This document shows positions 47,735 to 56,053 of a stretch of 64,000 nt of DNA, one piece after another (positions within the stretch are counted from its first letter, which is position 1; the number at the start of each line of letters is the position of its first letter). The position numbers and the translations under genes are program-made. Source of the stretch: Planctomycetota bacterium (GTDB lineage Bacteria; Planctomycetota; Planctomycetia; Pirellulales; Pirellulaceae); assembly GCA_027619595.1 (NCBI GenBank), contig JAQCHP010000001.1, forward strand, positions 60,694 through 124,693, in the 5' to 3' direction. The notes under the pieces are model-generated. The model had not been told where the DNA came from, searched no databases, and worked only from the letters and a program-made list of their open reading frames with translations.

Positions 47735-48826
47735 ATGGATTTGCAGGCTTTGAAGGGTATTTTGTCGACTGTCAAAGACCCAGAATCGGGACGAAACGTC
47801 GTGGATACGGGACAGGTGCAAAATCTTGAGGTCCAGAACGACTCCGTTTCGTTCACCTTGGAACTCACTAGTCACTCAGCACCACTATGGGATAGCACGA
47901 TTAAGTCCACGGAGCAGACCCTTCGTCAAGCCGATCCAACTTTAAAGCACGTTCGCATTGAGCGCGCGATTCACGTGCGCAAGCCTGTCCCCTTGGGGCA
48001 ATTGGGCGTAACGGCCAAAACCGTGATCGCGGTCGGTTCCGGCAAGGGAGGAGTCGGCAAGAGTACGATTGCAGCAACTTTGGCTCAAGGACTACACCGG
48101 CATGGTTGTGTTGTTGGCTTGATGGACGCTGATGTTTACGGTCCAAGCATTCCCCATCTGTTAGGGCTGACCGGCCAACCGCAAGTGATGGAACGGCCCG
48201 CAGTTGGTGGCCAGACCGAAAGGAAGATTCGGCCGTTGGATTGGCACGGAATGCGAGTGATGTCGATGGGCTTCTTCGTTCCGCCCGAACAGGCGGTGGT
48301 GTGGCGTGGGCCGATGTTGCATGGTGCGATTACGCAGTTTTTACGAGATACCGATTGGGGAGATCTAGATTATCTGATTATCGACATGCCGCCTGGCACG
48401 GGAGATATTGCCCTGACGCTATCGCAACTTCTACCGTTATCTGGTGCGGTTGTTGTATGCACGCCACAAGACGTCGCATTGCTGGACGCAGTAAAGGCCA
48501 TCGCCATGTTTCGCACGGTCAAGATTCCAATCTTGGGGATGGTAGAAAATATGAGTGGATTTGCCTGTCCCCATTGTGGCACCCATACGGATATTTTCGG
48601 TTGCGGCGGAGCGGAACGCCGAGCGGCAGATCTGAGCGTGCCGTTTCTCGGCAGAGTCCCCATCAATCTCGGGATTCGCGTGAACGGCGACGAAGGGCGG
48701 CTCAACTGCGTTTACGATGACCCCATGGTATCGAATTCTCTAGATTCCATCGTGCTCAACTTGGTCCATCAGATAGCGGACCAGGTCCGGACTTCACCCT
48801 CACTGGCGTCTCTGCCAGTCCTATAG
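47735..48826 (+). CDS. apbC: Fe-S cluster carrier ATPase Mrp/ApbC (NBP35 family) with N-terminal DUF59-like domain
   Basis: GSGKGGVGKSTIA (deviant Walker A), DADVYGPS, IIDMPPGTGD, and a CPHCG CxxC motif. Confidence 0.92.
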   Translation: MDLQALKGILSTVKDPESGRNVVDTGQVQNLEVQNDSVSFTLELTSHSAPLWDSTIKSTEQTLRQADPTLKHVRIERAIHVRKPVPLGQLGVTAKTVIAVGSGKGGVGKSTIAATLAQGLHRHGCVVGLMDADVYGPSIPHLLGLTGQPQVMERPAVGGQTERKIRPLDWHGMRVMSMGFFVPPEQAVVWRGPMLHGAITQFLRDTDWGDLDYLIIDMPPGTGDIALTLSQLLPLSGAVVVCTPQDVALLDAVKAIAMFRTVKIPILGMVENMSGFACPHCGTHTDIFGCGGAERRAADLSVPFLGRVPINLGIRVNGDEGRLNCVYDDPMVSNSLDSIVLNLVHQIADQVRTSPSLASLPVL

Positions 48827-48942
48827 CCAAAACTGGAATTGTGCCGTTGCTCCCCGGATTGGGTCGTGGGTAACCGTTCACCGCCCGGTCGGCCGCTGAA
48901 CGGTTACGATCGTGGCACCCGCCGTAGCCGGTTTTGGGAGCC

Positions 48943-48985
48943 AAAAAAATAGGGCTCCCATTGGGGAGCCCTTTCTCGTTGTTTT
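48943..48985. terminator. Bidirectional rho-independent terminator between convergent apbC and the H1-like gene
   Basis: Perfect 9-bp stem AGGGCTCCC / loop attg / GGGAGCCCT (48951-48972). It is flanked by AAAAAAA on the left (a T-run for the minus strand) and by ttctcgttgtttt on the right. Confidence 0.7.
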
Positions 48986-49042
48986 CCTACCATGCCTTCC
49001 GAGACCCGGTTAAGGGACTCGGAGCGTTTCCCAAAACGGAAA

Positions 49043-49228
49043 CTACACGGTGGCCGCTGATGTCTTCTTCTTCTTCTTCTTGCGGCTAGCTTTCTTCTTT
49101 GCGCCCTTCTTCTTTGTGCCCTTCTTGGCAGCCTTCTTCTTTGCGCCCTTCTTCTTGCGAGCTACGCCTTTTTTAGTCGATTTTTTGCGAGCCGCGCTCT
49201 TCTTCTTTGCACGTTTCTTCTTGGCCAC
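49043..49228 (-). CDS. Lys/Ala-rich histone-H1-like basic protein (about 61 aa)
   Basis: MAKKKRAKKKSAARKKSTKKGVARKKKGAKKKAAKKGTKKKGAKKKASRKKKKKKTSAATV has 30 Lys in 61 residues by my count. GTG 49226-49228 lies 7 nt after GGAGGA. The ORF track uses the TTG at 49243. A strong terminator lies downstream. Confidence 0.65.
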   Translation of the reverse strand: MAKKKRAKKKSAARKKSTKKGVARKKKGAKKKAAKKGTKKKGAKKKASRKKKKKKTSAATV

Positions 49229-49629
49229 TGAATCGTCCTCCAATCAACGAGTAACGGCGAGTTCCTTCCCAATAGGCTTCCGAATTGCCTTTAGCCAATG
49301 AGATTCCCGCCAGAAATGTATGCCGGCTGCAGGTTATAAACTGAAACAACAAGCTTCAGTTTCCAGCGGCCGACTTAATACCCCTGACAGCAAAATATCC
49401 CTGACAGTATAAAAATCCTACGAATCAAATACTACCAGCCATCGTCCTACCAGTCATCATCCTACAGTCACCGTTGTGCATTCTTGCTTGTGCGTTCTTG
49501 GCTTGGTTATGCATTCTGACAAAAATTCTTTTCGAATGCAATGCAAGCTGACACTAGTATTGACAAAAGTTCCGTCTGCGTCAAGAGATGATCGTACGAA
49601 ACAAGGACATCGTCAAGGTCTCTGACGAT

Positions 49630-50391
49630 TTACGATGACCATGGACCACGTCCATGATAATTACCTTGAAGGGTTTGGTAATTCGACATCGCCAACAAGC
49701 CAAACATGATGGCGAGGAAGATATTCCCTGACGAGAGACCGTACATGGCGATCAATGCGCCTGTGGCGATCGAAAGTACCGATGAATTATAAATCGCGTT
49801 TGATTGTCCTGAAAGAATCATCAGTTGGCGTGAAATTTGGCCACCATCAAGCGGAAAAACGGGAGCGAGGTTGAAAATCGCCCACAGGATACTGACATGG
49901 AGAAAAGAACTAAAAAATGCGTGTGAGACATCAGGCAGCGATCGTTGTGCGCCGGTTGGCAACCAAGCATCGATCCATGGAAATCGAAAAGGTACTTCGA
50001 ATCCACCGAGCGCCAGACCCAAGATCATGAGGACGCCGACCAGCATTTGGAACGCCGGACCCGCCGCGGCCACGATCAACGTTTCCAGCGGGCGTAATGA
50101 AGTGGCTCGGCCCATGCCACGATACGAAGTTTCTGGAATCGCCATTCCACCAAAGAGGTAGAGCAAAACATGCGAGGCAACGCCGAAGTGAGCAAATGCC
50201 ATGGCATGCCCCAGCTCATGAATTAGGATCGACAAAAATAGGGCAAGCAAACTCATAATCAACATTTGAGGGTCTCTGCCACCAACCCACATCAGTCCCA
50301 ACAGCCAAAAATAGGGACTTACCCGGACAGGAATCGGCCCAACGGAAAAATGGAGGTCCCACGGACTAGGAGGTATCTCACCGATCAGCAT
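49630..50391 (-). CDS. M50-family (site-2-protease-like) membrane metalloprotease
   Basis: HELGHAMAF (HExxH) sits in a TM helix, with a downstream FNLAPVFPLDGG motif. The protein is polytopic and hydrophobic. Confidence 0.85.
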   Translation of the reverse strand: MLIGEIPPSPWDLHFSVGPIPVRVSPYFWLLGLMWVGGRDPQMLIMSLLALFLSILIHELGHAMAFAHFGVASHVLLYLFGGMAIPETSYRGMGRATSLRPLETLIVAAAGPAFQMLVGVLMILGLALGGFEVPFRFPWIDAWLPTGAQRSLPDVSHAFFSSFLHVSILWAIFNLAPVFPLDGGQISRQLMILSGQSNAIYNSSVLSIATGALIAMYGLSSGNIFLAIMFGLLAMSNYQTLQGNYHGRGPWSS

Positions 50392-51673
50392 GCTGGTTGC
50401 TCCGAGTGGCCGGATGCGACCAGTGTGGCTTGTTCTGGATGGTAGGTGTGGGCTGAACGGTGATTGCTTTCAAGATGTACGATGCGGCGCGCTCGGAGGC
50501 CCCGGGTGCCGCAAATCTCCGCTTGAGATCCCGGAGTTGACTCACAAGATGGTCGAACTCGACGTTGTCACGCGACCAACGCACAATCCACCGCGCCATA
50601 TCCGCCGTTCGGTCGCGACAAGTCAAGTATTCTGGGAATGGGGCTCGCTCCGAATGTAAGTCATCCGGATCGTACGGCCGATCCTGTCTCGATCGCGTGA
50701 TTTTGGCCGTTGCTAACAGGTTTACCAACGTGATGAAGCGTGCTGTGCGAAAGAAATTCTGTGCCTGATAAGCCGCAAAGTGGACGCCGTAGTGGATCAC
50801 GGTAGGCTTCTCGTGAAATAGTAACTCCAATGAGACCGATCCAGAGCAGGCTAAGCAACATCGCGATGCTTCAATGACTTCGGGGGTATGCCCAGCCAAG
50901 ATCGACACCTTCACGGGAATTTTTTTGCATAGCCCCCGGGCGATTTCAGCCTGCTCTTCGTTGAAGCTTGCAATGACAAATCTTGCCGCTGGGAGTTGTT
51001 GGGATACAAGCAAGGCGGTACGCAGAAATTGGGGCAGGTTCGTTTCGATTTCCTGTACGCGTGATCCGGGTAAGATGCCGATTAAGGGAGACGATCCCTT
51101 GCCCCTCAACTCACTTACCAAGTTAGCGTCAAGTGTGCGCGTCGCAAGTTCATCAAAGTAAGGGTGCCCGACGTAAGTCGCGGGACAGCCACGCTCGGAG
51201 TACCAGTTCGCTTCGAACGGGAGTTTGCACAGAACGTGATCTACCAGTCGTCGCATCTTGTGGATACGCCAGGGCGCCCAGGCCCACATCTGAGGAGTTC
51301 CATAGTAAAATACAGGAATCCCGCGAGCCTTCGCCCGCCGTGCTAGCCACCAATGGAATCCCGGGTAGTCAATTAACACGACTGCCGAAGGACGCTCGTC
51401 TCGGAAATACCGGTCGGCCTGGCGCAGTAGCCCATAAAAATAACGCAAATGCACGATCACGCGAAAAAACCACATGATCGAAAATCGTGTGAGATCTGTC
51501 AGTAGTTCGGCCCCTGCGGCCGCCATGCGCGGACCGCCGAACCCGACAATCCGGTAGGTCGGGTCCTGCTGACGGATCGATCGAACCAGATTCGCGCCGT
51601 GCAAGTCCCCGCTAGGCTCACCGGCCGAGATAAAGATAAGCGGTGCCGACTGCTGGTTAAGCATCCCTGCCAT
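50378..51673 (-). CDS. lpxB: Lipid-A-disaccharide synthase
   Basis: LIFISAGEPSGDLHGANLVRSI...VGFGGPRMAAAG...YYGTPQMWAWAPWRIHKM...LPFE...YVGHPYFD is colinear with E. coli LpxB. Confidence 0.9.
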   Translation of the reverse strand: MAGMLNQQSAPLIFISAGEPSGDLHGANLVRSIRQQDPTYRIVGFGGPRMAAAGAELLTDLTRFSIMWFFRVIVHLRYFYGLLRQADRYFRDERPSAVVLIDYPGFHWWLARRAKARGIPVFYYGTPQMWAWAPWRIHKMRRLVDHVLCKLPFEANWYSERGCPATYVGHPYFDELATRTLDANLVSELRGKGSSPLIGILPGSRVQEIETNLPQFLRTALLVSQQLPAARFVIASFNEEQAEIARGLCKKIPVKVSILAGHTPEVIEASRCCLACSGSVSLELLFHEKPTVIHYGVHFAAYQAQNFFRTARFITLVNLLATAKITRSRQDRPYDPDDLHSERAPFPEYLTCRDRTADMARWIVRWSRDNVEFDHLVSQLRDLKRRFAAPGASERAASYILKAITVQPTPTIQNKPHWSHPATRSNQHADR

Positions 51674-51728
51674 CCTCGGATCGAGCTGCGGCTGAATCGG
51701 TAGCCTTTCCTACACGCGTTCTCGTTGC

Positions 51729-51761
51729 AAAAAAAATCGCCCTCGCGAGTGGGAGGGCGAT
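51729..51761 (-). terminator. Rho-independent terminator after the YHS-like gene
   Basis: 9-bp stem ATCGCCCTC / loop gcgagtgg / GAGGGCGAT (51736-51761). On the minus strand it is followed by an 8-nt T-run (A8 at 51729-51736 on the plus strand). Confidence 0.7.
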
Positions 51762-51815
51762 CTGACAACGTTACGGTTCCAAAGGTGCAAACCTTATCCC
51801 CAAAATTCGAATCGA

Positions 51816-52289
51816 CTACTTCGAAGTCTCTTTCACGACTTCGAAGCCCTTTTCAAAGGACTTGTCGTTGAAGAGTAGGTTGACCAGCTTTTCCTTCTCC
51901 TCTTTGTCATCAGCCGCAGCTGTGGCTGCCTTTTCGCATCCTTTGCAGCAAAGCCCCACGTCAACTCCGTGGACGTCGACCTTCACACCCTCTTTACTCG
52001 CCTTGCCGGTCAGCGGACACTTCACTTGGTGATACTGATGTGTGGCTACCAGTTGATGGTTTGCTTTGGATGCAAACTTCTCTTTGCCTTTTTCGAACGC
52101 ACCTGGGCAGCCCGGGCAGCAGAAGTATACCTTACCTTCTTTATATTCTACCGATGCCTCAGGATTAATCGCTTTTCCCGAGACGACACATTTGATGTCC
52201 TTCAATGGGTCTTCTTTCTTGTCCGCTGCCGTCAGCACCGTAGTTCCTACCAACAACAGAGCGACAAGGAGTAACGCTAGTTTCTTCAT
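51816..52289 (-). CDS. Secreted protein with two YHS/TRASH-like Cys motifs
   Basis: Signal peptide MKKLALLLVALLLVGTTVLTA from Met 52289. Motif pairs: KCVVSGKAI...GKVYFCCPGCPGAF and KCPLTGKA...GLCCKGCEKA. The ORF is open from 52379. Confidence 0.65.
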   Translation of the reverse strand: MKKLALLLVALLLVGTTVLTAADKKEDPLKDIKCVVSGKAINPEASVEYKEGKVYFCCPGCPGAFEKGKEKFASKANHQLVATHQYHQVKCPLTGKASKEGVKVDVHGVDVGLCCKGCEKAATAAADDKEEKEKLVNLLFNDKSFEKGFEVVKETSK

Positions 52290-52514
52290 CTGATTGGACC
52301 TTCTAAAAAGGGGATGCAGTGTTTCCAGACTCGCCCAGGATTGTACACAATCCTGGCCACGATTGCAAAACCGGTACAATACGGGTCTTCGCGATAATCG
52401 TTGTAACTACCCCCCCCTGATATCGGCTGCTCAGGTGGTTCCGCCCCTAAGAAATCGTGCCAATCCAGTGATTACGTCGATGGGTGAGCGGCCTTGAAGA
52501 CTTGCTTATTCTTC

Positions 52515-53489
52515 CTATTCGCCCTGTTTTTCTGAAATGTGCTGCTTGGCGTTGTTTTTTTCTGGTAGGAGTACCTGAATTAATGGGGTGGGGAGCCCCT
52601 CGCTGGTCAGGAAGAGTGATCTTCCATCGAGAGAAAAGCAAACGGCCTCCCCTTGCCGGCGGGACGGGACGGCGACCTGTTGTGGCGATTTCCGTAATGC
52701 TGTTTGCCAGGTTTCATCCTCGGCTCGCTCATAGAGGTACACCGACGCGTAGTTCACGACGGCCAAGCGGTCTCTCGAAGCAGAGATATCGATACCCGTC
52801 ACAAAAGGGGCCGGTATGTGTGCATAGGGCTTAGCGACTCGCACACGGTCGACCGGGAGGTCTGTATCGAGCGGCATTTCGTAGACCTTACTCTGGAAGG
52901 GCCATTGCTTTGCTACAAACAGGACGGCCCGCCGCGATTCATCGATGGCGATTGCTTCACAGTCGTGTGGACCATCGGCGTACCGGAAGTTAATTGTGGC
53001 CAGCAACTCGATCGGCCGTTGAGCAGATCGTGGTTCGCTCAAGATATGCAGCTGGTATGTGGACCGCGAGAGTTGGTTGTCGCCCGTATCGGCCAGGATA
53101 AGTGCGTCTTGCTCCTGCCAACGGACGCACGCGATATCCTCCCAGTCCAACGGCTGAAGATCGGGTATGGACCAAGTGCCGGCGTCGCGTCCGAGAGGGT
53201 CGAACGCGAATAGACGTGCCTTGTCGCCGGAATCATTGTGCGTAATTAACCAATTTCTTCCTTTCCGCGCAGCGACAATTCCACTACTTTCCGTAATTTC
53301 TGCCGATTCCAGCTGACGAGTTGTGGTGCCCGGAACGGGCTGGACTTCCGCCTGCCCATAACAGCCATACGAATGGCCGACAAATAAGATCGCGAGGCTA
53401 ATAATTCTAAATTCCGCTAGGATTTCTACCTGTTTTGTCACTCCAAGTCGCTCCAGCGCGGTAAACTCTAGTACTAATCTGCTAGTCAC
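52515..53489 (-). CDS. Hypothetical secreted protein, probable beta-propeller-like fold
   Basis: Hydrophobic N-terminus. Motifs: ESSGIVAA...ITHNDSGD...DWEDIA...LADTGDN...HDCEAIAID...TSEG. I have seen this pattern in uncharacterised SdiA-regulated/phytase-like families, so the family assignment is tentative. Confidence 0.55.
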   Translation of the reverse strand: MTSRLVLEFTALERLGVTKQVEILAEFRIISLAILFVGHSYGCYGQAEVQPVPGTTTRQLESAEITESSGIVAARKGRNWLITHNDSGDKARLFAFDPLGRDAGTWSIPDLQPLDWEDIACVRWQEQDALILADTGDNQLSRSTYQLHILSEPRSAQRPIELLATINFRYADGPHDCEAIAIDESRRAVLFVAKQWPFQSKVYEMPLDTDLPVDRVRVAKPYAHIPAPFVTGIDISASRDRLAVVNYASVYLYERAEDETWQTALRKSPQQVAVPSRRQGEAVCFSLDGRSLFLTSEGLPTPLIQVLLPEKNNAKQHISEKQGE

Positions 53490-53524
53490 ATCGTGCTTCG
53501 CTCGGTCGTTTTACTCTAATTCGG

Positions 53525-54193
53525 ATGTCCGCCATGTCCCAGCCCTTACCAGCCGACGCCCCGTCATCCCCCCGGTCCCAACGATCCGCTAAATCGGACT
53601 GGATTGGCTACACCGTCATCGGTCTCGTCTTCCTCTCTTTCTTGGCTTACCGTCAGATGAGGCCGGTGCCGAAAGTGGGGCAGACCCACCCGGCAATACG
53701 CAACAAGCTCAAAGAATTTCGTGTCGAACCGCTAATGAACGTCGACCAGCCTGTGGAATTGGGTCAACTGGAAGGCAAGATTACCTTGATCAATCTGTGG
53801 GGGCCATGGTGCAACTACTGCCGACAAGAGATCCCGCACTTGCTCGCGATGCAGGATCGATGGAAAGATGACTTAAGACTGATATCGGTCTCGTATCCTC
53901 AAGATCAGGCCACATCCCCCCGCGTGTTGCGCGACGAGACCGAGGGTACGCTTCGTCTACTACAAAAGAGTTTCCCCGTTTACCATGACCCTGAAGTCCG
54001 AGTCGACAGCTATCTGCGGTCGTCAGGAGTGTTTTGGAAGCTAAAGTTCCCTTGCACCCTACTGATCGACAGAAATCTAGCGATCCGAGGCGTGTGGTTC
54101 GATTTCAAAAAAGGGTATGAAAAAGAAATTGCGGAAATCATCGAGCAGCTAATCGCCGCGCCCCAGGATTTGCCACAAACGCCGCAAACGTAG
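53525..54193 (+). CDS. TlpA/ResA-like thiol-disulfide oxidoreductase (thioredoxin fold), membrane anchored
   Basis: TM anchor IGYTVIGLVFLSFLAY. CxxC site within LINLWGPWCNYCRQEIPHL. Confidence 0.75.
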   Translation: MSAMSQPLPADAPSSPRSQRSAKSDWIGYTVIGLVFLSFLAYRQMRPVPKVGQTHPAIRNKLKEFRVEPLMNVDQPVELGQLEGKITLINLWGPWCNYCRQEIPHLLAMQDRWKDDLRLISVSYPQDQATSPRVLRDETEGTLRLLQKSFPVYHDPEVRVDSYLRSSGVFWKLKFPCTLLIDRNLAIRGVWFDFKKGYEKEIAEIIEQLIAAPQDLPQTPQT

Positions 54194-56053
54194 CGTCTCT
54201 TGCGCCGAGACCGTTTGGCCGGCGTATGCCAGTTGGGTATGGAGTTCGAGCAAGAGACTGAGTTCTTGCCGCAGGTCCTTGCGGCGCACGGACAATTGTC
54301 GAGCGAATTCATCCACCGTTTGGTCAAGAGCTCTTTGGTAGCCACGTTCTGCTGCCCAGACTTCCAGAGCTTCCAACGTTTTGCGTACGATGACAGCGGG
54401 TGGTAGGTTTGGCGAACTGCGAAATGGATTCTCGCATTCCGCAAATCGCCGACTTGGTAGGATGGTACTTGTCGGACCCGATGTTTCGACATTTTTTGGT
54501 TTGGATCGACGAAATAACGCTTTCCACGCTTGCCAAAGATCCCCCACCGCTGCGGCGATGGAGTGGCGTGCGCGCCAGGCTAGGACGGCAACTACGCTCC
54601 AAAAGGCGATATGGAATAGCCAATGGAAGAAGTTGCCAATAGAGAATTGAAACGGTGCCTGCCAAGTGTCGGACGAACCGGCGGGAGGCGTGTCGTTATT
54701 GGGATCAGGTTCGGTCTGCGTGGTCTGTTCCTGAGCCTGCACGTCGGGAGTTCTCCCTGAGGGTTGTGGGGAGTCCCCTTCGTTTTGTGGGGGCGTTGTC
54801 GGGGCCTCTGTCTGTGCCGACGACTGCGGCTGCGGCGAGTCCCCTTGGTTTTGCGGCGAGTCCCCTTCGTTTTGGGGGAGCGTTGCAGGAGGCTCTGTCT
54901 GTGCCGACGACTGCGGCTGCGGCGAGTCCCCTTGGTTTTGCGGCGAGTCCCCTTCGTTTTGGGGGGGCGTTGTAGGAGGCGCTGCCTGTGCCGACGACTG
55001 CGGTTGCACCGATTCATGCTCGGAATCTTGATCCTCGTGACGTTCACTGGCACCAACGTTTTCTGGCCGTTGTTCCCAGCCATCGTTGCCGGCAGCCATC
55101 GTTGACGTTCCGCGGGGAGGCATGCGATTCAATTGCGGCCAGGCCGGGGGGCGCGAAAGGGAGAATTCCGCTCCCGGTCGTGGGAATAACATCGAAGCAA
55201 ACAAGAGGAACAGCGTTAAACCGGCTCCAGCGATCAACCAGCTTCCGGTCGTTTGAGCTGAAATTTCAACTTGACGTTTCGCCAAGTATTGCTGGAGTCG
55301 CAGCAGTCCCGTAGTTACCAGCAGTCCGAGTCCGCTGGCAATGTAAACGAAAAACAGAAGAAACGCGTATTGTCGGGAACCGCGCGCAGAGACCGAAAAT
55401 AGGCTACCAATCCCGAATAGGGGAAACGCGGCCAACGCAAACCAGAGAATGGTAGTCCCTGGCGCCTGCGGGCGCCGGTCGGTACCGGCCACGATCCACC
55501 ACCAACGACGGGCGACACCCGTCGGCGACGCAGGGTGACTTTTCCCCGACGAAGTCGTCTGTTCCGACGGACTCGGCCCCCCCTGGACTGCGTCCTGCGC
55601 CAACCGAATGGACCGTAGTAGCCCATGGCCAGGGCCTTCGGGGTCGTTCGCCAAAACGGTGCAATCCCATGTCAATCGATGCACACACCACCATACGGTA
55701 GACACGAGCAGTACCGTGAGCACGACATTGAGTTGGAAACGCAATAAAACCATTCCAATTGCTATCGCCAGTGCGAGTCCAAAGGGCAGGGCCTGTTCTT
55801 TCCCTTCTTCAATGGCGATTCTGGCAATCAACACCGTTGCAAAAACGAACAGCGAAAAGACATAGTTGATGCGGGTTTCGAATTCCCCGGCATACATGAG
55901 ATGCAGTAGAAAAAAAACGAGGCTGCCCACCATGGCCATGATCAGCGCCGGGTTGATCGCCATCATGAGCAGGGGAAAGACTGGATCGTGGTGGTTCGCG
56001 GACGTCTTTTCTCGCACGCGCGTCTTGAACTTGTGTGTGTTCATGCCGTCCAT
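54149..56053 (-). CDS. Polytopic membrane protein with Pro/Gln-rich tandem repeats and a DUF4129-like C-terminus (third gene of the MoxR operon)
   Basis: About 8 TM helices, then the repeat PQNEGDSPQNQGDSPQPQSSAQTE..., then a C-terminal helical region (TVDEFARQLS...LLELHTQLAYAGQTVSAQE...LWQIL) resembling DUF4129. The start overlaps the DUF58 gene by 13 nt. Confidence 0.7.
   Translation of the reverse strand: MDGMNTHKFKTRVREKTSANHHDPVFPLLMMAINPALIMAMVGSLVFFLLHLMYAGEFETRINYVFSLFVFATVLIARIAIEEGKEQALPFGLALAIAIGMVLLRFQLNVVLTVLLVSTVWWCVHRLTWDCTVLANDPEGPGHGLLRSIRLAQDAVQGGPSPSEQTTSSGKSHPASPTGVARRWWWIVAGTDRRPQAPGTTILWFALAAFPLFGIGSLFSVSARGSRQYAFLLFFVYIASGLGLLVTTGLLRLQQYLAKRQVEISAQTTGSWLIAGAGLTLFLLFASMLFPRPGAEFSLSRPPAWPQLNRMPPRGTSTMAAGNDGWEQRPENVGASERHEDQDSEHESVQPQSSAQAAPPTTPPQNEGDSPQNQGDSPQPQSSAQTEPPATLPQNEGDSPQNQGDSPQPQSSAQTEAPTTPPQNEGDSPQPSGRTPDVQAQEQTTQTEPDPNNDTPPAGSSDTWQAPFQFSIGNFFHWLFHIAFWSVVAVLAWRARHSIAAAVGDLWQAWKALFRRSKPKNVETSGPTSTILPSRRFAECENPFRSSPNLPPAVIVRKTLEALEVWAAERGYQRALDQTVDEFARQLSVRRKDLRQELSLLLELHTQLAYAGQTVSAQETLRLRRLWQILGRGD
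54771..55004 (-). repeat. 87-bp coding tandem repeat, about 2.7 copies
   Basis: Units start at 54771, 54858 and 54945 (each begins gagtccccttcgttttg...). Only a few mismatches separate the units. A 21-nt sub-repeat (GDSPQN/GDSPQP) lies within each unit. Confidence 0.9.

Noticed and set aside
49050-49301. Plus-strand ORF encoding a Phe/Ala-rich 83-aa protein
   Set aside because: It is the antisense frame of the Lys-rich (AAG/AAA) gene. The minus-strand gene has a Shine-Dalgarno sequence and a terminator, and this ORF has neither.
52340-52360. TGGCCACGATTGCAAAA, a sigma-54-promoter-like string
   Set aside because: The GG-to-GC spacing is two nt too short. It also lies on the plus strand, where no downstream gene exists.
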